NCBI RefSeq assembly: GCF_009914755.1
Contig: NC_060933.1
Length of the DNA: 64,000 nt
DNA from: the human T2T-CHM13v2.0 reference genome, Homo sapiens
Direction: 5' to 3' (one strand)
In this document: positions 17,336-31,510 of the stretch, one piece after another
Layout: every line of letters starts with the position of its first letter
Numbering within the stretch: position 1 is the stretch's first letter
The notes under the pieces: model-generated
What the model was told of the DNA's origin: nothing
What the model saw: the letters and a program-made list of their open reading frames with translations, nothing else
The model's database searches: none
Made by a program: the position numbers and the translations under genes

Positions 17336-18570
17336 ATTATATTAAGAAAATACACCTTTAACAGTGATATTCAAGTATTTCTTTAATTCCAGGAAATTGT
17401 GGAAAATTATAGTATATCTTTTGAAATATTTTTCCTGTACCATTTCTTACATCATTTTTCAGAAACTCCAAACTACTCTATGCATTTTTGTGACCTTTCA
17501 ATTTCTACTTCTTCTTTTTTCATATTTTATATCTCTTTATTTCTCTATGCTTGATTGTATTTGAATATTCTCCAGTGTATTAATTTGTCATGCTGAATCA
17601 TTAAATTCCACCTCTAAAGTTATCTTTACATCAAATTGAATACATTTTTTAATTTTCAGGATTTCTATTGATTCTTTCACTTATGTATTTATTCTTTTTG
17701 CCTTATGTCTTATTATGTTTCATAATTTAGTTTTCTTTTATGATTATAGTACACTTATTTTTTACTAAACATTCTAAATGTATTTATTTTAAAATATTTA
17801 AAAACTATTCTTTATAATTAAGTCCATTTGGATAAAATTCATGTTCTGAGAATTTATTTCTTCAATACAGTTATGAGAATTAAATTTTCTCTCATGTGTT
17901 TTGGAATTATAATTTGCCAGTTTATGTTGAGTGACATATCACACATAATGTTTTAAACTATATATATAATAAATATATATGTGTATTTATGTTTATCCTT
18001 CCTTTCTTTGCTTTCTTCTTTATGTGTTTGTTGTGTTCGCCTTTTGTGATCTAGTAGTTTTTCACTGTGTCCACTAGCCACTTCCTCGTGTCTCACTTTT
18101 GGAATGCCTTCCCACACTGGCTTTTGTTCTGAGGTGATCCTGTAGATCAGTGATTTGTTCAGCAAAGTACTTCCTACATGTGAGGTCGTGCCTTGATTCA
18201 CTTACCTTCTCAAACCCCTAGCTTTCTGAAAAATTTTAGTGCAGGGTAGCAGGAAAACAGACTTTTGTGGCTTATGTTATTGTTGCTCCATTTTAGTTCC
18301 TAAGGTCAAGGAGCCAGGCTGGATCCAGTGTTCTATTTCATGTGGAATACTTTACTTCTGTTGCCGCGCAGAAGCTTAATTCTTGGGCTGCTGCTTTCAG
18401 ATTAAGAAAATAGTCTGTGTCTTCAACTACATACAATGAGATGTATGTAAATGTCTTTGTGACTATGCTTTTACTTGTCCATGAAAATGTACCTATTGTT
18501 TTTTTATCTCAATGTGTATTATGATTTCACTTTCTAATTTCTCTCATCATTGCCAATAACCACTTTAAGT

Positions 18571-21388
18571 TGATCTGAAGAGGGACATTCGCATGATAAT
18601 GAATTAGTTGTTTCTAGTGTCTGTTGACTCACAGAAACATCATTTTGAATAACTGTCCATGCATAAAAATATTTTCACCAGAGCTCTCTTTGGTGAGAGA
18701 TTATAGCCTCTGAATAGAACACAGAAATAAAAACAGCAACCAAAAAAAGACATTGATGGAGGTAAATAAGACAGTTTTACATTATCCATACGTCCATACA
18801 TTATACATACATACATACATCCTTCTTTAAGCCCATGTAGTGCAGTTTAGTAGAGAGAGAGACTTCCTCCATGTAAGGAGACTGAAGTGAGCACTCTACT
18901 TCATTGCAAACCCCAGCACCAGATCTGACAGCATAAACCAGGCATGAGTCCAGCCCCTGCAGACCCAGGTTCCAGTATGTCCCCCATGACTCAGGCTCTA
19001 GGGTGGCCCACACAAACTCAGGGACCAGGTCAGCCTCTGTGGTCCCAGGTGCCAGGTCTACCCATCTGATGACCCAGGCAGCAGGCCAGCCTGACTGATG
19101 ATATTAGCAGCATACCTACTTTTGTACCTCACTTTTGGACCCCAGCTGTTCCACCCAGAATTTCTGAATAGGCTAACTGGTGAGAGCTTTCCCTTCTGAA
19201 GCCCCTATATAAAGACTGGTAGAGATGTCTATTTCTTCAAATGTGCAGATACCAACACAAAGCTATAAGTTTCTCAAATAACCGGGAAACATGGCACCAT
19301 CAAAGGAACAAAGTAAAGTAGCAATAACTCACCCTAATGAAATTGAGACCTATGAACAGCCTGGAAATTAATTTAAAATCTTAAAGAAGCTCAGTGAGAT
19401 ATAAGAGAACGTAGATAGACAATTAACCAAAATCATAAAATTAATCATGAACAAAATGAGAAGTTTGACAAAGAGATGAAAATAATAAAAACAAAAGCAA
19501 CAGAAATTCTGTAGCTGAAGGACACATTCACTGAAAATAAAAATTTCATAGAGAGCTTCAACATCAGACTTGATCAAAAGACCAGACTTAAGAAAGAATC
19601 AGTGAGCTCAAAGACAGGTGATTTAACATTACCCAGTCAGAGACACACAAAGAAAAAAAAAATTAAAAGAGAGAAGAAAGCCTACAGGACTTATGAGACA
19701 CTGTCAAGCAAATGAATATATGAAGTATGGTGTTTCAAAAAGAGCAGAGAAAGATAAAGGGGCAGAAACTTATTTTTTAAAAAAAAACAAATCTGTAAAG
19801 AAAAATAAACATCCATATCCATGCAGCCCAAATAAATAAAAAATAAAGAGATCTTTACCAAGTTACATTATGATCAAATTCTCAAAAGTAAAAGACAAAT
19901 AATTTTGAAAGCAGCATGTGAGAAGTGACTTTACCTATAAGAAAATACCCATAAAATCATCAGATTTCTCAGCAGAAATCTTAATTCCAAGAGAAAGTGG
20001 GATGATACATGCAAAGTGCTGAATAAAACAAACAAAAACCTGCCAATCAAGAATACTATACCCTGAAAAACTATCCTTTCAAAATGAAGGAGAGATAAAG
20101 ACTTTCCAAGTCAAACAAAGGCTGAGATGTTCATCACCACTAGCCCTACCTTTCAAGAAATGCTAAAGGGAGGTCTTCTGGTTAAAACAAAAGAACAGTA
20201 AGAAAATGACAACATATGATAGTACAGAATCCATCTTAAAGGTAAAAATATAGATAAATTCAGAACACTTGAACACTGTGGAGTGATACATAAATCACTT
20301 TTAACTCTAGCATAAAAGTTAAAAGACAAAACTATTTAATAGAATAATCTGTTAATGGATAAGGGATTAATGTCCAAAATGTATAAGGAACTGAAACAAC
20401 TCAATAGCAAAAATAAATAGCCTAATTTTAAAAATGGGCAAAGAATCTGAATAGACATTTCTCAAAAGAAAATGTACAAAGATCCAGCAAGTATATGAAA
20501 AAAAAAGTTCAGCATCACTAACCTCCAGGGAAATGTACATCTAAACCGCAAGGAAATACCATCTCATACCTTTTAGGATGAATGTCATCGAAAAGAAAAG
20601 TGTTGATGAGGAGGTACAGAAAGAGGAACCCTTCTACGCTACTGGTGGGAATGTAAATTGTTACAGCTATTATGGAAAACAGTATGGAGGTTCCTCAAAA
20701 AATTAAAAATAGTACTACCATGTGATCCAGCAATTCTGCTTCTGGGTATATACCCAAAAGAAATACAATTCGTATCTTGAAGAGATGTCTGTAATTCCAT
20801 GTTCACTGCAGCATTATTTATAAAAATCTAGACACGGACTCAAGCTAAGTGTCCATCAATGAATGGATAAAGATAGATTTTTTAAATGAACAGTATGATG
20901 AATAAAGGCTGAAGGAAATTCTGCCATTTGTGACAAACTGGATGAACTGGGAGGATACTATGCTATTGAAATAATTTGTCACAGAAGACAAATACGATCT
21001 CATTTATACATAGAGTATAAAAAAGTCAAACTATTAGAAGCAGAGAGTGGAATGGTGTAGGGATAGAGTGGTGGGGAAAATAAGGAGATATTGGTTAAAG
21101 GGTACAAAACTGCAGTTTGCAGAATAAGTTCTGATGATCTAATGTACATCATGTTGACTATAGCTAATAATACTGTATTATATGCTCAAAATTTGCTAAG
21201 ACAGTAGATCTTAAATACTCCCACAAAAAAAGGTAACTATGTGAGGTGAGAACATGTTAATTACCTTGATTTTAGTGGTAATCATTGTACATGTACATCA
21301 ATGTATATGTATATCAAAACATAATGTTATACATCTTAACTATATACAGTTTTATTTGTCTATTATTCTTCAATAAAGCTGTGGAAAA
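18571..21388 (+). mobile_element. L1MA8/L1MA9-type LINE-1 with 5'UTR, ORF1 and 3' end but most of ORF2 deleted
   Basis: 5'UTR-like text from ~18630 and a decayed ORF1 at ~19240-20200 ('gccaatcaagaatactataccctgaaaaactatcctttcaaaatgaaggagagataaagactttcc'). Jump at ~20360 to late ORF2 ('gataagggattaatgtccaaaatgtataaggaactg'). L1MA-type 3'UTR ending 'caataaagctgtggaaaaaa'. Candidate TSD 18555-18570 / 21389-21404 (14/16). Confidence 0.8.
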
Positions 21389-21605
21389 AATAACAAATTT
21401 AAGTCAAAATTTAAATCAGAATGATTGGTAGGGTTAGTCAACTGTTGAGAGTTAAAGAGATGATTTTGTTGCTAAGAAGAGAGAATAAAATAAATCATGT
21501 GAATTGACAAAATACAAGTGCAAAATTCAACGTTCAATGTTTATAGTTTTTATTTTTATTTTATTATCTCATTTACATAAGCTTAGTCTTATTAAAAGTG
21601 ATTCA

Positions 21606-22042
<437 letters not shown>

Positions 22043-22302
22043 TTAGAAAAAAGGCCTTGCTTATTTCTAAACTTTGTTTGTGTTTGCCAGGAGGATTTTG
22101 TGCTCTGAAGAGATATGTACCAACTTGAGTGGTGAAAAGAAAATGTATATTAGACCTTATCTATAAATTTATCATAACTGTCTATTTAGTTCTATATATT
22201 TTGTGCCATGCAGTGTGTTAAGGTTCCCAGTGCAATCTCATGTATATGTATTCCCAGATCTTTACGTGCAATTGGATATTTTACACATCAAAATCACTAT
22301 AA

Positions 22303-22783
<481 letters not shown>

Positions 22784-24829
22784 TAACTATGGAAATCTTT
22801 AAGAATTTAATATAACTTCTTGATAATCTTCATATACTTATTAACAGCATACAGTTTAACCATGGTAGAGTTGATAATTGTAGACGATTTGACACAGGAA
22901 ATATAGAGTAGGGGGAGCTTATAATTTGGTTATGGAATAAAATATTTTAATAGAGGCTAGAAATGACACCAAAGAGATTGGATTTCAGCACAGAATAGAG
23001 ACTAAAAATTTCTCTTTGCAGAAACTATTCATGTTTTTCTACCTATGGTGAGTATACATCAAAGTAATCTAAAGAGGCAAAACATGCATGTGTGACTGTG
23101 GCTGACTAAAGAACTGGTTATTAACTGCACAGAGTAGTAAATGGATTTTCATAATCCTGCAGTGGGTCCAGGGAGGACTGAACCAACCCATATTCACTCA
23201 GTGTGAGCAAGGTGAAACGGAGGTCAAAACAATAGAATCTGGTGGATCCAGGGATTGGTTTATCATTTTCATTTTCCAGCTAATGAGTTATTATTTGTTA
23301 TATCCTGTTTTATGTTAATTAACCTCCTTAATAAAACTCTGTGCCATGAGTGCTTGGTAGGTACTGTGCACTAAAGGAAAGACACACCTGGTTCAAAATG
23401 CTCCCAGTCGTGTCCCATGGTGTATTTATGAAAATTATGACCTGGGCCCTATTGCAACAACACTCAGTATGGAAGTTACCCTTCAACTAATTTGGGGTTT
23501 TATGCATTCCACATCATTGTATTACTTACAAAAGATTTGGACTGTACATTCTCTTCAAAAAATAAACATGACTTCAAATATTATGCCTACAGAATAATTA
23601 TATCCAAAGTACTTAAAATAATTTATTTCACCTTAAAACAACTGCGTATGTTAAAAATTATTTAAATTCTCCCCATCCTTCAATGAGTATATCAAGAAAT
23701 AGTTTTTATTTGAACCCCTACCACCCCATCTTTAAAGTAATCTTTTATTTACCTGGATTCCTACAAATTTCATTTATTATCTGTTTCACTAATTTGGCAT
23801 TTAGCATCGATTGCATTATATAATTAGTTATCCTGGATCTTCCTTTTTACTCAGCTTAACTGTAAACTTTATTTGGGCAAAGAATATATTTTATTTCAAT
23901 GTATACCTCTAACTCTCAATGTAGTAAATTCATATGGCAGGTGTTAGGTGTTCAGTCAATATGTTTGAATGATTATTCCACTGAAAGAGTCAAACATGCC
24001 AATTAATATGCAAGATGCAGTCCTATGAATGGCAATATATTCAAAGTATGCAACATTTCATTAATATTTTATTACAGTTAACATTATTTAAACATCAGTC
24101 TGATAACTAAAAATATTTCCTCTGTTTACCTGGAGAATGTGTGAAATAAAAATGTAAATATATACAGAGCCTTGATACATACCTTGTCACTTACATGAGG
24201 TTGATTTTATTTGTTTGAAAGTGACAAGTCTCCCAATCCAAAGCACATTTGAACTTGGTCTTAAGTAGGGTTTTATGTAGATAGGATTTTAGCTAAAACC
24301 TGGAATTTTCTGTGTTTCTTTAATTTATACTCATCTTAAAATATAGGAAAAAATATTGTTTTGTACTGACTCAAAATACTGGCTAACTATGTCAAGAGAT
24401 ATCTAATATGTAAGTCAGGATTAACTTAGAGGTCTAGAAACCCTATTTCTTTAAACTGATCTCTAAGTCAACTAACATCTTAGATCTTTCTTCCTGCAGA
24501 TATGCATCTCAGTCCTTTGCGGGAGTAAAATGTCATCATCAGTAATGCCAGGAAATAATATCTTCATCAATCACATTCGCACATTCCAGAATTCACCAAG
24601 GTTTTGACAGAGAAGATAAGCCCTAGAAAAAGAAACTCTAGAGAATGCTGTTGCATTAGTGGCCTTGGCTCTGCTACAATCACTCTTGAATTCTGGTTGC
24701 CACAAATATGCTATAATCACTAGCATTCATTTTTTCCTCTAGATTTCTGGCTCACATATCAACAAAAACCCATTTGCCTAATTTCCATGAGCCTTTATGA
24801 AACAAACTGACTTCCTCAAATATTTTAGG

Positions 24830-25204
24830 AAATGTTTACCTAGAAACATAGATACTCAGAATAGACATTTTCCAGACTTCCTTGTACTTGTTATTGCCAT
24901 ATTACTAAGTTCTGGCCTGTGGGACACAAGTAAAAGTGTTCTATGTGCATTGTGGAAAATATTTATGAAGATCAGGATTGGGGAAGAGGGTGGCCCTTCC
25001 TTTATTTCTTTCTTCTTTCCATTAGTTAGAATACAGTCATCATGGATGAAATTTTTGCCAATGGTCCTGCAGTGAAACTAAAAAAGCAGCAAGACAAAAG
25101 AAGCCAAATTTTTACATGAACTAGAAATAAAAGTCCATCTTATTTAAGTTATTGTAACATTAGGCTTTTTGGAATTCATATGTGAACTTGACTCAAATGA
25201 TACA
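24830..25204 (+). mobile_element. MLT1I/J-like MaLR LTR, highly diverged
   Basis: 'cagacttccttgtac...ccatattactaagttctggcctgtgggacacaagtaaaagtg' and the end 'gaaataaaagtccatcttatttaag...aatgataca'. Confidence 0.55.
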
Positions 25205-25636
25205 CTGCTATATTCCCAATACCAGCATGTACTCATTAATCAGTAAATATTTGTCAAATGAATAATGCTAAAATATTAACTGGCTTACCAAATTATGTTC
25301 CAGAGTCTTTTTTAGGGAGCTACTGGCTAAAAATCCTTACTTCTTAGTTTTACTTTCTTTTTCTACTTTCTTACTATCTCTTTATATCTAGAGAAGACAT
25401 CATAGTCCCAAGAGAATACTTAGAAAATAGTGCTGACTGCTCTTTCCTGATTACAAACCCTCATATTTTTGCCTTGAACTTGTCATCATTGAAGGAGTCA
25501 ATGCCCAGGAATAGAAAAGACATCTTGCCACAGAAGCATAGTTAGAGTCCAGAGTAACAGTTCATGTTCTTATTTCTACAGTTCACCATTAGAACTCTTC
25601 TTAAGGCTTCCCATATTCTCAAGGCTTTAAACATGT

Positions 25637-25654
25637 GCACACACACACACACAC
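25637..25654. repeat. Short (CA)n run
   Basis: 'gcacacacacacacacac' directly before the tetranucleotide repeat. Confidence 0.85.
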
Positions 25655-25663
25655 GTGGGCATT

Positions 25664-25725
25664 TATCTATGTATCTATGTATCTATGTATCTATCTATCT
25701 ATCTATCTATGTATCTATCTATCTG

Positions 25726-25768
<43 letters not shown>

Positions 25769-25777
25769 CTATCTATC
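25664..25777. repeat. Compound tetranucleotide STR (TATC/TATG/TGTC)
   Basis: (TATC TATG)3 (TATC)5 TATG (TATC)3 TGTC (TATC)10 TC (TATC)2, read directly. Confidence 0.97.
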
Positions 25778-27337
25778 TACCATCTAAAGCTATTCTTGGT
25801 TGAAAGAAGGTACATGACAAGTCATTTTGAAGAAATGACCACATGAATATCCAGGATAGTATCTACCTCTCCATGGTTTCAGTATAAATCCAGAAGATAC
25901 TATTGAACTTTTCCAATGCTGGTGGCAATGACTAATAAAAATGTTTTCTTCTCTGGAGCTAGCAAAGCTGAACACTACTTATTAGCTTTCTAAACTATTC
26001 ATAGGTCATAGCAATCTAAGAAGGAAAAGTATCCCAAATACATTATGCATTTTGAGTGCAAATAAATTAAGCCTTAAAAACCCCATGCCACATAAATTAC
26101 AGTGATAACATTTGATAAGTAAAACATAGATGGGTTTAGAAAAATCTAGCTACCTACAGAAATTTCTTAAAGGCCCAATGTGAGTAGTCAATACCAAGGG
26201 AGGAATCTCTGAGAATTTGTGTTTTATCTGTATGATCTTAAGACAGAATTATTTGTTTATTTTAAAGAGATAAAACAAACAAAATAAACTAAAAACAAGC
26301 ACAGTGTCCTGAACAACTAAACCAAAAATGAAAAAAAAATGACTTCAGCAATGTAAGACAGTTTACAAGTAGTAAAAGAAAAGGCGTCCCAAGCACAGGA
26401 CCCTGAATGTCAAGCGTTGGCCTCTAGTGAATGGAATGTTCTTGGCTGTTCTGAGATAAGGTTTTGACTACTTTGTTCTTCCTTTTCCTCTGCTAACTCT
26501 GGCAAGTCAGAGCCACATAGCTCCTTAAGCATCTGGCAGACAATTTGCCTGAACTGCTTTATCTGGATTTAGTTTAACTTCATAAATTGGTCAATGGGAG
26601 TATAGACACACACCTACAAACTGTCATCAGAATAGTCCAGTATTTTTTTGAAAATGTCCAGGGAACTGTGCTTGTCATTATTGTAACTACAACCCCAGAT
26701 TTTCTCCCCGGAAGGTAGAAAAATGTTGAGATGAATGTACTCAAAACTAGAGATGTGATCAATGGGTCATATACAAAAATTTAAGATTTCAAGTGAGTGC
26801 TTTTACTAATTATCTTGTAGTTTTAGAAGATGTTAATATTTATGCAAAGATTTCTTGACTTTTAAAATAGTATTTTATTTGAACTTATAAGATTTATGAA
26901 ATTAAGCTAATAATACTAAGTAAAAGTACAAAAATGTCCAAGCAATAAAAGAGTTAATTTGGACATATGTGCCCCTTCTAATGAAGTTCACAGTAGAGCT
27001 GTAGGAAAAGCTGTCATTAGAAAAATAGTCACTCAAAGCAGAGAATAATTGTTTTCTGAGTTTGAAAATGCTAGTTTCTTTTCTTAAAGCTAGGCTCATC
27101 TTGGAGCCAGAAGAAAGAGCGTGGTACACAGACACCAATTGCCAATAGTATTGCCTTCAAAAAGTCAATCTTTCAAGGCTTTGGTAGCCACTTCTCTAAT
27201 ATGCAAAGAATGTCTGCCTTATGAGAATTAAGTAAACTAATACACATGCATACAATTAACACATTAACATAGCACATTGTCAAATACTAATCAGTATAAG
27301 TTGACTTCAAGCAGATGTATTACTATGTCATTGTGTA

Positions 27338-27799
27338 TGTGTAGGTTAGGATTCTCCAGAGAAACAGAACCAATAAATTTGTTGGTTAATGGCAATAAAT
27401 TGTGTCATATGGTTACAGAAGCTGAATTTTCTCAAGATCTGTAGTCAGCAAGTTGGAGACCCAGGAGAGCTGATGGTATCATTCTAGTGTGAGTCAGAAG
27501 GCCTGAGAACCAGGAAAGCAAATTATTTAAGTTCCAGTCTGAGATCAGAAGACGGATGTCCCAGCTCAACCAATGAGGCAGGCAAGGTTTCCTCTTACTC
27601 CATCCTTTTGTTGGATTAAGACCTTCAACTGATTGGATAAGCCCTACTCACATTAGGGAGAACAATCTGCTTTACTCAGCATACAGATTCTAATGTTAAC
27701 TACATCCAGAAACAACCTCACAGGCACACCCAGAAATAAGATTTGAACAAATATCTGGGCGCCCTTGGACCAGTCAAGTTGACAAAATTAATCATTACA
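27338..27799 (-). mobile_element. MLT2 (ERVL) solo LTR
   Basis: 'ttaggattctccagagaaacagaaccaata' ... 'cacattagggagaacaatctgctttactcag' ... 'cagtcaagttgacaaaattaatcattaca' match the MLT2B/C reverse strand. Confidence 0.88.
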
Positions 27800-28029
27800 A
27801 ATTTCCTGACTGGCCATGTATGATGAGAATGCAAGTAACTCAGTTGACATGATGCAATAATTGCCATAATGTTGTCTAGAATACCTCAAATTCCATTATT
27901 ATGTATTTTTTCATTGTATTATGCATCATCTATGGTTCATATTTAAAATCTAAATGCCTTTGGGATACAGAGAACTCTGAGAATAGATTTCACTCTCTAA
28001 ACTACTCTCCCCATTGCCAGTTGTAAATG

Positions 28030-28250
28030 GTAATAAAAATAATGTTTATTAGATGGCAAGCACTGTGTTGTCTCATCGAACACTCTTCACAATCCAGGCT
28101 GTGAGATAGCTATCATTATCATCCCCATTTTAGACATAAGAAAACTGAAGCGCAGCAATTTTACATCATTTATCCAAGTTTATTTGCCATAGGTGGCAAA
28201 GCTGAGATTCAAAAACAAGGCAATCTGTTCCCATGCCCCTAGTTATTAAC
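28030..28250 (-). mobile_element. MIR SINE
   Basis: Core 'attatcatccccattttagacataagaaaactgaagc...ggtggcaaagctgagattcaaa'. Confidence 0.8.
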
Positions 28251-31124
28251 TTGTCTTAACCCTTTGCTAAATTAGGGCAAAGCACAGTTCCTCTGCTCCA
28301 CACCAATCAGAAAGATTGCAAATTGAGAGGTGCTCTCAGGTAGCAACGGATGTAAATGGTGTGAATGGCAACCAATATGGTAGTGGGAGTATAACTGAAA
28401 TAAAATAACATTAGAGGAAAAAAAAAACATTTCTTGGTTTTGCACTAATGTCCTGTCTGTGTGACTTTAGGAAATTCCTGGGACTTATGAAATGAAGCTA
28501 ATAATACTAAGAAAAAGTACAAAATATCCAAGCAATCCAAGAACTTAACTACTCATCCTTCGTAATGACATGTAAAATAGATAAATACCCCTTTATCTAA
28601 AGTGCACTTTCCCAGAATTTAATGAAGTTAAATGCTGAAACTAGTTATTATTGATGCTATTATTAAGATAAAATTTGTAAAACTTTGCAAATTTATAGAA
28701 CATGGCAAGATAACATGATATTTTGTTTAAAAGAAAAATCAAGGGATTCACATACTTCTATGCCCCTGGTAACCACTGTTTTATTTTCAATATTTGTATA
28801 CTCAACATTTAAAAAATATTTCACATTTATGTTTCATAACTTAAATATATACAATAAATTTTAAAAAGAGAGAGAGAGACAATACAAAAAAATTAACTTG
28901 GTTGGAGGTAGGAATTTTTCACTAGCAAGAAGTGGTAGATAATGTGATAAAAGAGAATAATACACACATGCTGGAAGGCTTTACTGTTTAAGTCCAAACA
29001 TGTGGTTTCTTCCCGTAGTTTAGATTATGGAGTTCCTCAAAACCTTCTATACAAGGAATCTATACAGGGAATGTGATGTGAAACTAAGAATTTTAATCTT
29101 ACAGTGAAGTGCAGGATTGATTAGATTTTAGAAATGAGAGTAGGGGATGAGGTTCAGATATAAAGTGAGAGAAAACTGTGAGGATGAAGTCCCTGAAATT
29201 AGAAAGTAAGAAATAAATCTGAAAAACGGAGTGTGAAAAAGATCAACTGGGCTTAAGAGTGGTCAGAGAGAAAAAAATTGTTTCAAGATTTTAATATTAA
29301 ATAACTGGTGACTAATGATTGTTATTAGCAGAAATTATGAAATGAACGGTTTGTACTAGTTTGACAGGAAAAGATAATAAATCCTGAATTTTAGATAGTA
29401 GTGAGAACCCTAATTGGAGATATCCAATATGAAGGTGAAAATTAGAAGCGAAACCTGGAGAAGAAATTAGAATATGTTTTCTTGTTAACTATGTAGAAGT
29501 GACCCTTAAGACAAAGCAAATGAAGCCGTTCAGAAAAGGCAATTAAGAGAGGAGAACAGAAGACAAAAACCTGGACATCTCAACCACTGGTCTTCTGTGG
29601 TGCAAAGGGTTAAAACTTTTGACATGAGGGCAATGCCCTTCCTAGATTAAAAGCATCTATCGTTAAAACCTCTTTATGTTACCACAGACCATTCTTTCAA
29701 AGGCAAGAAATGTATTACAAAGAAAGTTGACCTTTTAATAGAGGTCAATAATATATTAGAATATTTCTTTCAAAGGATTGATCTTCTTACCTTATATATA
29801 ATAATATGATTATTTTTCTCAAATACAAAACATAGCATCATTAAAATGTATAAAATTAAACACTTAAAATCTGTCCTCAAAAGAGCATTAACTTTCCTTG
29901 TTTTAAAATATGAAAGGGATTTAAATGTTTGTATATTTTTCCCCCATGAGAAATTTTACCCTATTTTAAACTCATCAAGGGAACTAGTCAAGGAAATAGT
30001 AACTGAAAATATAATGGAAAAATCACATCATTTTAAAAGTTCTTTTTACCAAAATTGTCTTTTTTTTCTGCTTACACCTAACAGTAACTCAATATGACTA
30101 GTCAGTTTTTCAAGAGAGGAAAACAAATTGTTTCAGGATGATTATGCATATGACAAAACAAAATAACGTTGGAGTTCAGAAGCTCAGCTCATATTACATC
30201 TTTGGAGCAGATGGGGGCAGGTAGAGGTTATGGGTACAGGAGCATATTTTTAACTTTTAGATGAGGGAAAACAAAACAAACTTGTTCTTTACAATGGAGA
30301 CACCAACAGCACCAGGCAATCCTGAGGATCTCAACATGTGCAAGAAGAAATCAGGAGCAAAATATCGAGGCACAAATGTGATTTAACATGTGCCTATGAC
30401 ATTTTGTGGTTTAAATTGGTCAACAGTTACTCTGCCACAATAGAGTAGCAACCAATGAACGCACAGTCCAGATCTGCACAAAGGAACAGACTGTTCATTT
30501 TTTGAGGTCTGTGCCTAATCAGAGTTTTCCACAACTGCATTGTATCTGGGGTTTCACATATTTGAGGGATTTTGTAGATTTAACAAATATTCACTGGACA
30601 GATTTTAATGCAAAGCCTGTTCTAAGTTGGAGGATGTGAAGAAAATGCACCCACACCTCCTGAGGTATGACAGAGAAAATAGATAAGCTAGAACCAAGAC
30701 CATTACCCACTCCTAGTGTAAGTTTCCAGATTCTTCACAACTCACTTTGAATCAGTGTGATCTTCAGTGTAACTGAGTAGGATGGAAAATGAATTATCCA
30801 GTGTCTGAATGACTTCTTTTCACAGGAGAAAGCAGTCAGAGTAGAAAACGGACCACACTTCCATGTGTGTAGTTGGGAGATTTGTATGTCAAGAACTTAG
30901 GACTTGGAAATGGTTAAATAGAGTTTGAATGGTGCATGGGAGATGGGGCAGGGTGGGAATAATGATAATAAAATAAGTACCATCATGGCAGTAAAAAATC
31001 TGTGTGTGTTGGGGAAACAATTATAGTAGATAATATAAGAGTAAGAATTTGGGAATGTTCTCTAAGATGTTTGTTTGTTTTGTTTTGTTTTTACATATTA
31101 TGAACCACGTAAAACACAAATGCC

Positions 31125-31510
31125 CTATGGGTGCTCTACCTAGATTGTCTTTACTAACCTGGCATACCTATCTCCTAGCTACTGTGATTTTTGACTAAGA
31201 ACTTGCTGTTCCCTTCTCCAGAAAATTACTTGTGTCCAAAGGACAGCTACCTTTCCCTGCCAGGTACTCTAACCTCTAGGCCACACCGCAGCTGATGGTT
31301 TACCAGAGCCGCATTTGCCTCAACCTGGGCTCATCTCTGTGGTTCTATTTGTGTTCTAGAGCTCCTTGTGGGTTTTAGCTAAAGGTGGAATTCAGTAGAG
31401 ATTACATTCTTGTTTGGCGTTTCATTCCTGTCCTATCCATCATGACATTCTCCTGAGAACACTGCCTCAATGAATACTTTTACAAAAAGTCCCTTATCAG
31501 ATTCTAAGTA
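31125..31510 (+). mobile_element. LTR16-like (ERVL) LTR
   Basis: 3' part 'ctcctgagaacactgcctcaatgaatacttttacaaaaagtcccttatcagattct' resembles the recalled LTR16C end. Confidence 0.55.

Noticed and set aside
22860-23370. Possible old LTR ending near 'aataaaactctgtgccatgagtg'
   Set aside because: No clear termini or TSD, and the family could not be assigned by eye.
25564-25846. ORFs with YLSI repeats
   Set aside because: Translation of the TATC microsatellite.
30380-30580. Possible L3/CR1 fragment
   Set aside because: Similarity to the recalled consensus is too weak to support without an HMM search.
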